A stretch of 64,000 nucleotides of DNA from Takakia lepidozioides (Eukaryota; Plantae; Bryophyta): assembly GCA_030704615.1 (NCBI GenBank), contig CM060733.1, forward strand, positions 63,674,001-63,738,000, read 5' to 3'. Both the position numbers and the translations under genes were made by a program. This document shows positions 14,214 through 26,460 of this stretch, in pieces. The number at the start of each line of letters is the position of its first letter. Position 1 is the first letter of the stretch. The notes beneath the pieces are model-generated. The model made no database searches, was not told the origin of the DNA, and was given only the letters and a program-made list of their open reading frames with translations.

Positions 14214-15240
14214 CAGGGATGCCTCGGCGTGAGCCTGGTCACGTGAGCGCGTGAGCGCGACTGCGCTCACGCCACGTCACCTTGCGCAAATGCCACGTCA
14301 CGGGGCTCAGTCCACGTCATCACACGTGGAGGCCGAGTCACCACGCACCCAGAAAGAAGTGGAGTGTATTCCCGCGGATTGGCACCCTTTACCGCGGAAA
14401 CAAGCTGGACGACATAATAAAAGGCATTGAATAAATGATGGATGAATGTACAGTTGGATGATAAACAGATGGATGAGTTTGAAAAATCTATGTAGATGGA
14501 TGAATGACGGATGGATAAGAGTAAAATGGATGAATGTATAATGGATGTTGAGCAATGACAAAAATTCATGACAGGAAGATGCATGACCAAATCTTTTGAC
14601 GAATGCACAAAGTATATGAAATGAGTGTGGAAGGTTTGTGGGGTGGATTAAAGAGTACAGAGGATGAATGTACAATGGATGTTGTACAAAGGAAGCTTTC
14701 ATGAATGGAGCACGCATGAATACAGTGTAGATGAATGCACAATGGATATGAGAAGAGTCAGGAAGGTTTGTGAGATGGATTCATACATATAGCAATTTAA
14801 ACGAAAGTTGATTCTGTGATTATTATTTGTTCTAAAGGAACAACTACGGTAGAGTAAGGGGATTCAACGTTTTCCAGATAATATGAAAATGAATATTAAA
14901 AGAATACAGTTCAGTCTGACTCAGAGTCAGTACAATGTATCCCCTCTTCCTCTGCATCTAAGTCTAAGTATTTTAGAACACCGGATCCACGCTGGATACA
15001 CCTACGGCTGGCCACTAAAAAGTCAGGGGATAGGGACTCGGACGCGTGAAGTGCCATTGCTTCGGCATAAACAGGGAGCAGAAAATTGGAAAGGGGGCTG
15101 TCGAAAACAGACTCGCCAGAAATGACTGTATCTCCTGAAGATCCACCGCTGGCTTTCCTGAAAGACAGCCTGAAAAAGTTATTACTGTAACTTTGATGTT
15201 ATCGAGAAATTGAGTATGACTCCCAAAGAGGGTTTAGCAC

Positions 15241-18200
15241 TTACTCACATGAAAAGTCGTTGTCGACCTGCTTATCTTCGGGATCGTCATCATTTCGAAT
15301 ATGAATCCGATCAGTCTGTGTGCCTGAAGTGGAGCCAGACAAAAGGGGGAGGAGCACTGTGTTGTAGAGGTCAGAATCACCCTCCATACCAAAAAGGCTT
15401 CTTCCGCCTGCCTTGCATGCGTGGTAAGTTGCTCCTGCACCAGACAGGAGAACATAAGCAGTTTGGAGGAGGGGATTTAAGCAGATGAAACTGTTGAAAG
15501 GAAACCAATTCGGAAGGGAGAAAACGAACCTGTGGACACAGAAAGATCGACCACCCGTGCAGAGCGGTGGCTGCATGACTCCAGCAGTATTTGCATGAAT
15601 GCTGGTGACTTTTCCTTTGCACCTCTCCAGGGAGTGCCATCTGGTCTCTTCAGAGTCTGACTGGACTGCATGAAGTTGTACAAAATGTCATCGACATGGG
15701 GCTCATAGGGGGGGTTGACGAAACAACCCTGGTCAGAAATCTCAAAGCTGCGGATGGAGGATGGTGTCTTTGATGTGCGAATCCTCCGCAGGCAGATCGC
15801 CTCGAACATCCTCGTCTGCCAAAGATAGCAGGTTAGTGTGGTAAACACAATCTAAAGTGGAAGTGTGTACATCGGCTATTCAGAACTCTGACACCAAAAA
15901 ACCATGAATCGTTGATGATCGGTGTCGATCATAAAACATTCTACTAGAGTGGAGCTGCAGAGAAAATTGAAACTCATGATCAAAGCATAAGCAGAAGGCA
16001 GACGGCATACCAGCTGACCAGGGAAACCCCCTTTCACAAGGTAGAGGCTGTTCACACAATTCCATGTGCGCAAAACTTCAAACCCTGAAGACTTGAGGTA
16101 TGATGCCAATGCCCGACGACTATCATTGTCACATGACTGAAAAAGCAGAAGTGTCCCTGCATCAGAGAGGAAATTGTTACAGAACCCGAATACCCAACTC
16201 CAGTAGTTGTCCTCGAATTTGTTCCACCCTGGCGTCTTGCCCTTTGGAAGAACTTCTGGCACAGCCTGGCCATCCGGGATGTCGAGAATGACAATGTCGG
16301 CCGCATAAGTTTTCTGCACACCGCACACGAAGGTGGGACCTGTGCTCACCTGCAACAGACATGTTTTTTATAAGAACGATGGCAAGAATGTTTTCAAAGA
16401 ACGAGACTGAAATACTGCCAACGAAACATTCAGAGAAAAAGGAAAGAAAGTGGAATTCTCACCAGATTGAGGAATGAGATTATATTGTCCCAGGTAGGGG
16501 ATGGCACCCCAGTGTATCCTCTCTTTCGACTCTGCATCATCGAAAGCCAACCCTCATTAACAATTTTCATCTCTCCTGCTGAATCAGAACGGGAAGGGTG
16601 TGGCTTGGCATCGAACACGCACTGAAGAGTGCGGGTATATCTTCCAGCACTAAAGTCCTGCCCACTCTCCATCTCCTTTTCATTCTCCTTCCCCTTGTCC
16701 TTTTCCTTCTCTTTGGACTTGTCTTTGTCCTTTGGCTTTGCTGGTGAGATGGCTATGACATCAACAGCCTTGTCTTTTGGTTTGCGGCCCGCCTTCTTTC
16801 CCTTCTGCGGCGTTCCCTGAGCATCAGGCTCCTTGGCAGCCAAGGTTGCTATGTTTCGTTGATACTCTTCGTCAGTCAAAGGCGCCAGCATCTCAGCGTT
16901 ATTGTTCAAGTATTTCATATGCTGTTCTTGAAAGGTCGTGTGCTCAGGTGGGCAGTCAAGGTACCACCCACAGTCTCTGAAGTGAGAAGGACTCCAGTCC
17001 TTCAATATCCCTGCAGTATACATGGTTGGATCGTTTGCAGGGTCCGACCACATGTCAAGATAGTCGGGAATTCCGCTCAGGTGATTTCCTTCCATAAGCA
17101 CATATTTCGTGTACCTGAAAAAAGGAGATGAATCCCAACCCACAAAAGCGCTCAGTGAGTAAGATGCAAGTAGAACAGAAAGAATAAAACATGGATTGAA
17201 ATGGCTCTGACAACTGCTCCAAGGACCTTTCAGGACCACACTACTGCTCCAGATATGAATGTCGTCAACGCCATTCAGAACATTCCATTCCATGACACTG
17301 TAAATACATCCTAATCCAGGTGAATGCAAATAAGCGATTAGAAATGACACAGACATAGAAGTGAATGTCGTCAACGACATTCAAGAATGAAGCCAAATTA
17401 TTACTGAAATGAAGCAAAATCACAGGATGGAAATAAAAAAATTGAGTAAGGAACCATCCAGGAAAACTCAATGCACATTCATAACGAACCTATCACTGAG
17501 GACCTCACAACATCACTGTATGTGAATGGCGTCAACGCCATTCACAAAAATACAAAAAAGAAACCAATTACTTAGCTCCCCAATCCATGAAAATTGAATT
17601 TGTCGTTTTGAATAATACAGACACAGCTGTGAATGTCGTCAACGACATTCACTTTGGATTTCTTAAAACAGAGCTTATCAAGCCTCCATATTCATCGCAA
17701 GAGGAAAAAACAATGCAGAACAACTGAATGTCTGCATTGACATTCAGCAAAATGAAGTGATCAACCCTCATTGTAACCTCTATGGACATTACAAAAATTT
17801 AAATAACCTTGAGGACCACACAACAACTCCGTATGTGAATGTCGTCAACGCCATTCAAGGACATTATCAATTCTAATCAGGGACAATATAATTGCACCCT
17901 TAGATCCTAACCAGGTGAATTCATATACTCGCTTAAGAATGACTCAGACAAAGAAGTGAATGTCGTCAACGACATTCAATCTGGATCTAAGATTGCAATC
18001 CATATGAAGCCACAATTTTTCCCAAAAAAACAGTAGAGTTTCAAGTATGACATTTCACCTGTACACAACTCGCATCATGGCCCACTCTCCTCCAACCTGA
18101 CTGTCAAAGTCGTTGGACCGTAAAATGTTACCATCTTTGGAGAACTCCCGGAAAAAACAGTATCTCCAGGTGAGACCTCTCCACTTCCTTATGTATGCCT

Positions 18201-20547
18201 CCAATGACATTTGGGGAGGGGAAACAATCGCAATGTTCAGGTCCTTCAAAGTCTGATCCAGCACAATGACGGCGCGCTTTTCGAGCTGCAAATAGTATAT
18301 TTGTCAGAATTGCAAAAAAGAAACACATCACATACTTGAAGAGAAGAAACAGCATGTTCGAATACACACCTGACTCCAAAATGTAGCCTTGTGGAGCCAG
18401 TTATCAAACACCAAATCACTGATTCCTTCCACCTTTGTGCCAGGCTGTATGGTGCTCTTTGGGAACTGATTCAAGTCCTTTACTGTTTGATCTGAGTTCC
18501 ATATCTCCAGCCACCTTATTTTTGTTTGTGGGTCGACCATCGATATGGCCAGCCGGTGCAATTTCTCCTGCTGCATCTCCGGATGCACATGCTTGTCATA
18601 GTGTGTTTTGATCTGCTGAAGGAACTCAGGACCAAGTCCAGGATCTACTATTCTAAGCTGCTTTCCGAAGGCTGACATCAATTTGGTTCTTCGCATCTCA
18701 AACTCCTTCTTTATTGCAGCTTCCACACCCTTTGATGTCCTTAGTTCCTCTGGTGTAGTGCGGTAATATTCGGATTTTCCCTTCTCAGCTGCCTCTGCCA
18801 GTTCTTGCTGCATTCATTCAAGTAGTGATTAGCTCCGAAGGGACTCTAAACATGTATTCGAAAAGTAAACAGATTACAGACTCGGGCTTACCGCATACAT
18901 GTACTCCAGAAACGCCTCTCGTGTCAAAGAATACCAAGTGCCTGCAGCTCTTCCTGTTTCGCACTTCTTGATGATATTGGGTGGTAGTACTGTCCGAAAA
19001 TCATCCAGCTTCATCAGACCAATCCTCTGAATTCGGAATAGTGTGTGAACCAAGCTTGTTGTCACATGCGATTTCTCTGTCGATCTGCAAAAACATTGAA
19101 AACATTGCATTCCTTAACACTGTTTTTTGAGGATCAACAAGACACTACAGAGGGAATCAAATCTCCTGGATGACTTACTTGTTCACGTCGTGCATAGCTG
19201 TAAGAAGCCTAGCGATGTCGTTTCCTGGATCCAAAACCATTGCCTCCACAGCAACATGCTTGTCTTTGTCTTTCGAATGGTGTTTCTGAATGTATCCCAT
19301 CCATGCCAGCAATCGGTGGTTGCCGTCCCAGACGTAGAACATGTGGTTGCAAAATTGCTGGGTGTTCTTTCCCATCATGAGGCCCAGCTCGAACTCCTCA
19401 TTGGCATCTTTCCAGCACTCATCCCAGTTATCACTGATCTCTGGAGAAACTAATGTGCTTTTCCCATTTATATCCGTCAGTGACACATAAAAAACTTGTG
19501 CACCAAGTCTATATCCATGCACAAAATCACTCTCCAATTTTGTTATGTCATGGGAAAGAGGTGGACGCACAACAGGCATTGATATCATCCGGCACAGAGG
19601 TATGTCCAGACGCCCTCCAGATACGAGCATGTCCCTTATAACCTCCTGAGAGTTTACCTTCTGGAATGACATGAGTTCTTTCACCTTGTCAAGGTAGTGC
19701 ACTTCGGATTCATCTGCTTCATCTGTATTCTCTGAGCTTTTTGCGGACTCGTCCCCATCTCCAGATCCTTTCCCCTCTGATCCTGTAGGCTTCGACCTCA
19801 CAGTTTTCTGCACGATGCCATTCAGTTCTGACTAAGTGATTTGCAAATAGTGAATGGCGGTAACGACAATCACTCTGTATCAAGGAAACTCACCATGAAT
19901 GGTGTGAAAGAATTCAGCACAATCTACACATGCAAAGCCGAGACTGCCGTATTCAAAACAAAAGTGAGAGCGATAGCGAACGGCGTTAACGACAATCACA
20001 AAAGATAACAACCTGCCGGATCGGTGTTGTGTAATGACATATATGTGCAACTGATTGGCGGCAACGACATTCAGTGTAGTTTAGGGAGAATAGTAAGTGC
20101 AGACTCTCTCTTCAAACACATAGGTACATAAATCTCATGAGCAGAATCGAATGGCGTTAACGACGCTCGCGATTCAGTAGTTCCTGCTAAAGAATGGAAG
20201 AGGAAGGACTCCTTGAAAGGCAATCACACAGACTATATGATAAAACTTACTGGCACCTTCTTAGGTTTTGAAATTTGATCCCCTTCTGCAGCTTTCCTCT
20301 TCCCTCTCACATCTGCTGGAGTTTCTGTCTGCGCAAGGGTTTCTTGACCTTCTTCAGGTTCGGCGTTCCGCGTGCTTCCACCTTCTTCAGTGTCCCTGCG
20401 ATTCATCTCTGCCTCCACAGGCTGGCGCACTCTTATCGCCGACTGTGTCGCAGCCGCTGCCTCAGTCTCCGTCTGCTCTTGTGAATCAGTCTCCGCGTTC
20501 ACCTGCTGCCTTGGCCCTGTGTTCTCCAACAAACGACGCCTCGTCAT
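15241..20547 (-). CDS. 9-exon accessory gene, ~1084 aa: ParB/Srx-like domain plus C-terminal beta-class N4C/N6A methyltransferase-like domain
   Basis: Phase-consistent GT-AG exons 20547-20251, 19807-19179, 19084-18892, 18807-18370, 18285-18059, 17114-16463, 16349-16011, 15815-15530, 15434-15241 (3255 nt, no internal stop). Motifs FYVWDGNHRLLAW (ParB/Srx), DIVILDIPDG (motif IV position), RGAKEKSP (X), VVDLSVSTGATYHACKAGGRSLFGMEGD (I-II). Confidence 0.8.
17256..17978. repeat. Intronic array of 22-bp palindrome TGAATG(T/G)CGT-CA-ACG(A/C)CATTCA, 7 copies
   Basis: Copies start at 17256, 17362, 17523, 17630, 17725 (variant centre), 17836, 17957. Confidence 0.9.
19851..20169. repeat. Four more diverged copies of the same palindrome in intron 1
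   Basis: TGAATGGCGGTAACGACAATCA 19851, CGAACGGCGTTAACGACAATCA 19977, TGATTGGCGGCAACGACATTCA 20052, CGAATGGCGTTAACGACGCTCG 20148. Confidence 0.75.
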
Positions 20548-21402
20548 TTTCTCTCTTGCTCTGCGTCTCTCTCTAAGGGAAGTAAAATAAAGAGACTTTC
20601 TTCTCTTTCGTATTCTAGAAGGAACCCTCTCCAGCTTGACTACCACTCTCCCTCTAAGCGCGAAAAGTAGAAAAACGCAGTGACTCCCGATTTCTTGCGG
20701 GATTGCCTGTGTTCTTGCGTGTCTCTAGAAGCATCGGATTCCCTCCCGCGTGACCGTTACACATAGTCGTTTCGTTATTAGTGCACATGCCAGCAATTGG
20801 TGTACAGCTGTTCGTATTCAGTTATGGATGTCTGACGTGTGCCGCCCAAAACAAAACGGCGTGTTCTAAATTATAACTGGTTCAATATTTAAAAAGAACA
20901 GCGAATCCCAGAAATTGATGCGCAGTCTTAAACAAATAAATATAAATGAACGAGAGTTTGATGACAAATTTTGGAATATCATACACGGTCATCCTTGTTA
21001 TCCAAACCCCACATTCGTTGCACATTTGGAACTTTCCAGGTGCGCATGATCATTGGTAGTAGTATATAGATACATTTACTTAATCTGCAATCCCATTCTC
21101 GGATCCTGTGGCATGCTTCCAGGAAGTCGGCTTTGTTATTGGGTTTATTGATGAGGTTCTGATTAACGGTTTAACAGTTGCCGACACTGCCCCTATGGAT
21201 TCTCTGACCACTGGGCCCACAAGAAAAGTAATTAAAATGGACGGCTGCATATCTGGAATGAATAACAGAATATGCACAGTCGTTATCTGAGCTTCCTCCG
21301 CCATATGCTCTGCTCATTCTTCAACTGTGTTCTGGAGACAGCAGTAAACCGATTTACACTAGATCTGCGATAGCAAGGTACAAACATACTCGAGGAAGGA
21401 AG

Positions 21403-24400
21403 ATGGCTTCCTCTGAAGCGGAGTTCTTCTCAGACGACAAACCAGTGCCGTTCTCCCAGGAAGTCCTTGACAATGGATTTGCAATTGTTCTGGAACATGT
21501 CTTGGCTACCCGTTTTCAGCTGCAGAATGGCTCCATCTTTTTGGAGAAAGAGGTTTACGATCTGAAAGGGAAGTTGGTGAAATATTCTTTCCAAAACCGT
21601 GATGAGACGGCTCATATCAGCCAGTGGAGAGTGCGTCCTGGTCGATACAGAGTACTTGGAGAGCCTCGGCGAAAGTCCCTTGGGTCATATGTGACGCCCG
21701 GGACTGCTGCTTCGGTCGTTGAAGACAAGAGGGAGGTGGTGGTGAAAAAAGAACAGACTTCCTCCACTCCAATCGTTGAGCTTTCGGATTCTTCCGATGA
21801 TGACATAAGTGAAATTCCAAATCCAGTCCTTCCTACTGTGGTTGCAGAAGCTGATGAAGAAGAGATTTGTAGTGTCATTCCAAAATTGCGGGCGATGGGA
21901 GGAATGGCTGGATTCAAAAGTGAGTTGCGGGGAATTGATTGGGAATCTTTGAAGCAGGTGCCTGTGAAGTTCTTGCCGGAGACTTTTGATGGCGATATCC
22001 TATTCGAGCTGCCTCCTCCTCCGCGAGTTGGAGGTGTAACAATCATGATGCATGGAATGGACAAGAAACACGACGGGCACCCGTGGTGCAGAACAAAAAC
22101 ATCCAATATTCAGAATGATGACAAGCTTGTTTTCAGGAGGACAGTTTGCAATGGACACCTTAGGTGTGATAATTTGAATTGCAGACACTTTCTTCAGTCT
22201 GGAGTTCATAATCAAAGCGAATGGGAGGGTCTGGCGGAGAATCCATTTCAGCCTGGGACTGCCCCTCCACCGGCAAACACTTTCGTCTGCAAATTCTGCA
22301 AACTTGTGCCATCCTGCTTGGCGCTCTGCGGAGCAAGAATGTACTATGTTGTCCACCGTTTGAATACAATGACGAGAGCTTGTGTGCATTTTGGATTCCA
22401 TAACCATCCTGTCTCGAAGGGGGATTACAGGGAGAGTGTTGAGACAGTATCGAGGTTGATCAAACAGGAGTTCGGGAGAAACCCATCCGCAACAACATCT
22501 GCAATTGCTCTTGGCGCAAGCAAGTCCTTCTTGGAAAGCCATATTTTGAGTGAAGGAGATTCTGTGGGGACTAAACTTGACGGTGCAGCATTGGACCTGG
22601 TCATGGATCATTTCTCCACTTTAAGTTCACCTAACATTCGGCATCAGATCAATGCATTGAGAATGGGCTCTGGGATCAGAGGCTACATAGACAATATTTT
22701 GGAATTGAAACGACTGAGCAAGTACGATTACATCCAGGACAATGTATTCCCAGGTCAAGGTGCCATCAAAGTTTTTCTTTTCAAAATGTCGACTGTTGGG
22801 GAGGGCAGTGGGGTTAGCCTCGTGAAGCGGATGCAGAAGACTGGGGACTTGCAGAACTGTTTTCTTATGTTTGATCATGTGAAACGAGTGAAGGATTGGA
22901 CGACAATGGCTTGTCATGTCTACGATCCAGTGTACCAACGAGTTATGACAATTGCAGTTTGTGACATGCAATCCGAGGATACGGAATCCCAGAAGCTCAT
23001 GTGGAATTCCCTGATACGTGTCATGGGCTGCCATGGGCTGCCATCTCCAAATTTCGCAGGTTTCATGGCGGATAGTGCTCAAGCAAATTTCAATGCTATT
23101 CGTATTGTCTTCGGATCGGGCGACCCAAAAGTGCCTATGCCAGGAAGAGAGCGTACATGTCTATTCCATTGGACACAATCTCTGGAAAAACATACAAAGT
23201 CGGACATCAAACCAGAGATGCAGACTCAGCACCGTAAATTGTGCAAAGAGTACAAAGATGCTAGAACAATGAAGGAGGCGGACACTTTGTTCCAGACAAT
23301 TCGTGCCTGGTGGTTCTCTTCTGGAGCTGCATCACTTGAGAGTATGAGAGCATTGGAAGATTGGCTGGCGTTTTGGCACTTCCGGTATAGACAGTGGGGA
23401 GCAGCCATGACAATGGTACGAGGCTTCTATTTCATGCTTTATTCATACATTTGCTTTCCATATTTTTGACTCATTGCTTTCTTTATGTTGTTTCCTGTGC
23501 ACTATTCTGAAGTGTGGTTATCCTCTTTGCAGAACATGTCCATTGAGGAAATGGCAGACATGCCATCTTGCAATTTGGCAGAAACTGTGCACAATGCATG
23601 GTTGCAGCAGTCTGGGAAACGAGGTCGGGATTTGTATGTGGCAACAACAGATGATTTGATACGTGCCTTGCAACAACAAACCCGATACCGTGATTTCTTA
23701 CGAGGTGGGGTTGGTGGCAAGGGTCCGGACAAATCGGAGTTGATGTTGCGTGCTGCAAACAGATCTGGGGATCCAATCAAGATAGCACGGGCGGTGAGCA
23801 TGTATGCCCAGGGAACGCCACTTGTTTCTAGAGTTCCACATCTTGAAGGGGAGGAGAGATTCGGCTCCTGTAAGAGGAAATTGAACACTCCACCTGGTTC
23901 GGATTCAGATTCCCACAGGGCAGACCGTGATAACTTCTCGAAGCCTCGTGTTCCCCTGCATGACAGCTCCGTGTCCGGAACCTCCATTGTGGAGGAACCT
24001 CCAACACGACGGCAAGCTCCAGCATCAAACCGTGCCACTGAAATGGTGCAGGAGAGAAACAACCCCCTTGATGTGCTTGAGTCCGCATGCCCCGACCACG
24101 TTTGGCACATAGAACGCACAAGTGTCGGGTCTCGTGTGAAATGTACAGCGATCAGGGCAACTAATTTCGAGAAGTGCACTTCATCTATATCCAGAGGTGG
24201 TGCCCGAACTCCTGCTCCGACTTTCACGGGCTTGATGCATCCATACGGTCAACCAGAAGCCAAGAACCACAAGTTCTGGTTCTGCGCAGATGATTGTGCC
24301 AGATGTGTGCATGGAACTGTGCGTCCTTCCGTAGTGATGAAGCCATCTCCTCCAACCGTTTGGCCCGTGAAGGTGGGAACACATCTCAGCTTTCAGGAGA

Positions 24401-24918
24401 TTGAAATGCTGGAGGAGGCAGGTTTTTCCCTTGCGAGACAACCCCAACTCCATGCATGTGCTACTACTCCTGCGTCCTCCCGGGTCCCCCCGGCAAATCC
24501 TGACTTGTGGCCAACCAAACGAGATGGAAAGCTCGTTCGGCGTTTCCCTCCAACCGCTGAACACTTTGGCAAAGTGGAGTCCGCAAGAATGCTCCAAGCT
24601 CGTGTCGGAAGCACCACGGAAGTACCCGATCCAGGATATGGTCGGGTATTCACAATCATCACTTCCACATCTGCTGTTCATGACAGGACCTACGACATCA
24701 CGGTTTCCAATTTCCCCAATTGCACATGTCCTGATTTTGTGAATATGCTATCAACCAGTTTGGGCAAGAGAGGTAAATTCATACCCTGCAAACATTTGTA
24801 TTTCATATTTTTGAGGAGGATGGTTTGCGATCCCAAACGTGACAACTTCATTCACCAGGCCACTATGAGTTTCAACGAGGTCGATACTCTTTTGCAGCGG
24901 GATACAACACATGGGTAG
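21403..24918 (+). CDS. MULE transposase, ~1132 aa, GCM-like Zn domain + DDE core + SWIM; exons 21403-23415 and 23533-24918
   Basis: DGHPWCRTKTSN...CNGHLRC...CKFC...HFGFHNHP (GCM-like); LMFDHVK, FMADSAQ, CLFHW, CNLAETVHN (D, D, CxxH, E); CTCPDF...PCKH (SWIM); in-phase GT-AG intron 23416-23532. Confidence 0.9.
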
Positions 24919-25568
24919 CATGAACTATGTAATGTGGTATGTGGATGACCATGATTTGAAATGTGTAATTCACATCAATTCGTCGGCTGTGCAATGATAT
25001 GGCCTCCAACTATACGGAGTGAGGTCTGAGTGACAACTTTTAGGTAGTGCACATTTGTCATTGCACCGTTCGAAGTCTACATGTCTTGCTGTCGCTATGC
25101 ACTACAATCATCTTTTGAAGATGATCATAACTCTCATTGTTATTTGAGGAGGGAGGAAGTCTTCTCGTGGCAGCCTTTATGGCGCACACTTTGTGAGGAT
25201 ATTTTGTCGTCTTCGTAATTGTAAAAGTGAAACAAACATTTGTAATTGCACAATGTTGGATGCTGCAATTGTAGGCCTCAACGCTCGTCTTGATTCTATT
25301 TAGGCAAGATTCCCTGCATTAATTCCACGGTCATAGGACCATCCACGGTTATAGGCGGCGCATGTTAATGCTGACGTGGCAGTTGACGGACAGTGCCACG
25401 TCATCATTTACCGCCACATCAGCATGCTGACATGACGCTCACGCCACGTCAGCATGTGTGCAGGCTCACGCCACGTCAGCTGGCGTGAGCGTACGCTCAC
25501 GCCACGTCACTCCTGCGTGAGCGTACGCTCGCGCGCTCACGTGCAACGCTCACGCCATTGCGTCGTTG

Positions 25569-25727
25569 AGCTTCGAAATAGGGGTGGATTGAACCCGACA
25601 GAGAGTCCCTGTGTGCACTATTTTCACACCAAAAACAAGGCAAAAGGGGGGCTCAAACAGTGTGCATTGACGCACACTATTTGAGCTGCCAGGTAAGTGT
25701 GGATTGAACCTCACAGAGATGCCCTAT
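25569..25727. repeat. Continuation of the ~117-bp hairpin satellite
   Basis: Same monomer sequence as 12650-14213. Confidence 0.9.
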
Positions 25728-25729
25728 AG

Positions 25730-26210
25730 AAAATACCATAAGTGATGATCGGCGCCGATCATCACATCTACCCAAATGCCAAATGCAAAAAAAAAAAAAA
25801 AACAAAAAAAAAAAAAAAAAAAAAAAAAACCCAGAAGTGATCATCACATCCAAAATAAAAAAACACCAGAAGTGATGATCGGCGCCGATCATCACATCTA
25901 CCAAAATGCCAAATGCACAAAAAAAAAAAAAAAAACACCAGAAGCGATTATCACACCCAAAATAGAAAAACACCAGAAGTGATGATCGGCGCCGATCATC
26001 ACATCTACCCAAATACCAAAAAAAAAACAAAAAAAAAACAGAAGTGATCATCACATCTAAAAAACAACACCGGAAGTGATGATCGGCGCCGATCTCACAT
26101 CCACCCAAATGCCAAATGCAAATACAAATGCGCAAAAAAAACAAAAAACAAAAACAAAAACAGAGAAGAAGTGATGATCGTCGATGATCATCACTCCATC
26201 TACCCAAATG
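25730..26210. repeat. A-tract tandem repeat containing a 24-bp perfect palindrome
   Basis: GTGATGATCGGCGCCGATCATCAC at ~25742, 25872, 25979, with variants at ~26076 and 26171, alternating with shorter GTGATCATCAC forms. Confidence 0.9.
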
Positions 26211-26402
26211 TCAAGGGAAAAAAAACTATCATCGGAAATAAGAAACAAAGTCTCTGTAGAATGCATTTTCCTTCTAGATGTTGCATGTCTCCACGGATAT
26301 AGGTGTGCACCCACGGTATTAGGCCTAGCATCTTCCACGATTCCATCCGCGGCTGGGCTGGGCTGTGCGCCATGTGGCGTCAGCCTACGTGGCTATGAGC
26401 CC

Positions 26403-26460
26403 ATGTGGCGTGAGCGTAGGCTCACACGCTTACGTGGCCAGGCTCACGTGAAGGCATCCC
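26403..26460 (-). mobile_element. Orphan TIR of the same MULE family
   Basis: Reverse complement GGGATGCCTTCACGTGAGCCTGGCCACGTAAGCGTGTGAGC closely matches the left end at 14216. Confidence 0.75.

Larger units (their letters stand above)
14214..25568. mobile_element. Complete Mutator-like (MULE) DNA transposon, 11.36 kb, two divergent genes
   Basis: Left end CAGGGATGCCTCGGCGTGAGC vs reverse complement of right end CAACGACGCAATGGCGTGAGC (imperfect TIR continuing CACGTGAGCGCG); AGCTTCGAA duplicated at 14205-14213 and 25569-25577 where other monomers read AGCTTCCAA; satellite continuous across the insertion. Confidence 0.9.

Noticed and set aside
15705-15716. NPPY tetrapeptide as the MTase catalytic motif IV
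   Set aside because: It lies shortly before motif X, in the variable region; DIVILDIPD occupies the expected motif IV position. Not excluded without a structure model
17256-17978. CRISPR interpretation of the intronic palindromes
   Set aside because: Spacers are long, irregular and partly homologous through a higher-order triplication
15241-20547. Bacterial contamination as source of the ParB/MTase gene
   Set aside because: It has eight in-phase spliceosomal introns and lies inside a eukaryotic MULE
21430-24742. Antisense and alternate-frame ORFs over the transposase (likewise over gag-pol and PPRs)
   Set aside because: Shadows of the real coding frames with no independent motifs
14216-26460. 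Larger element bounded by the better-matching TIR at 26403-26460
   Set aside because: No TSD at 26460, whereas 25568 has the 9-bp TSD and restores the satellite
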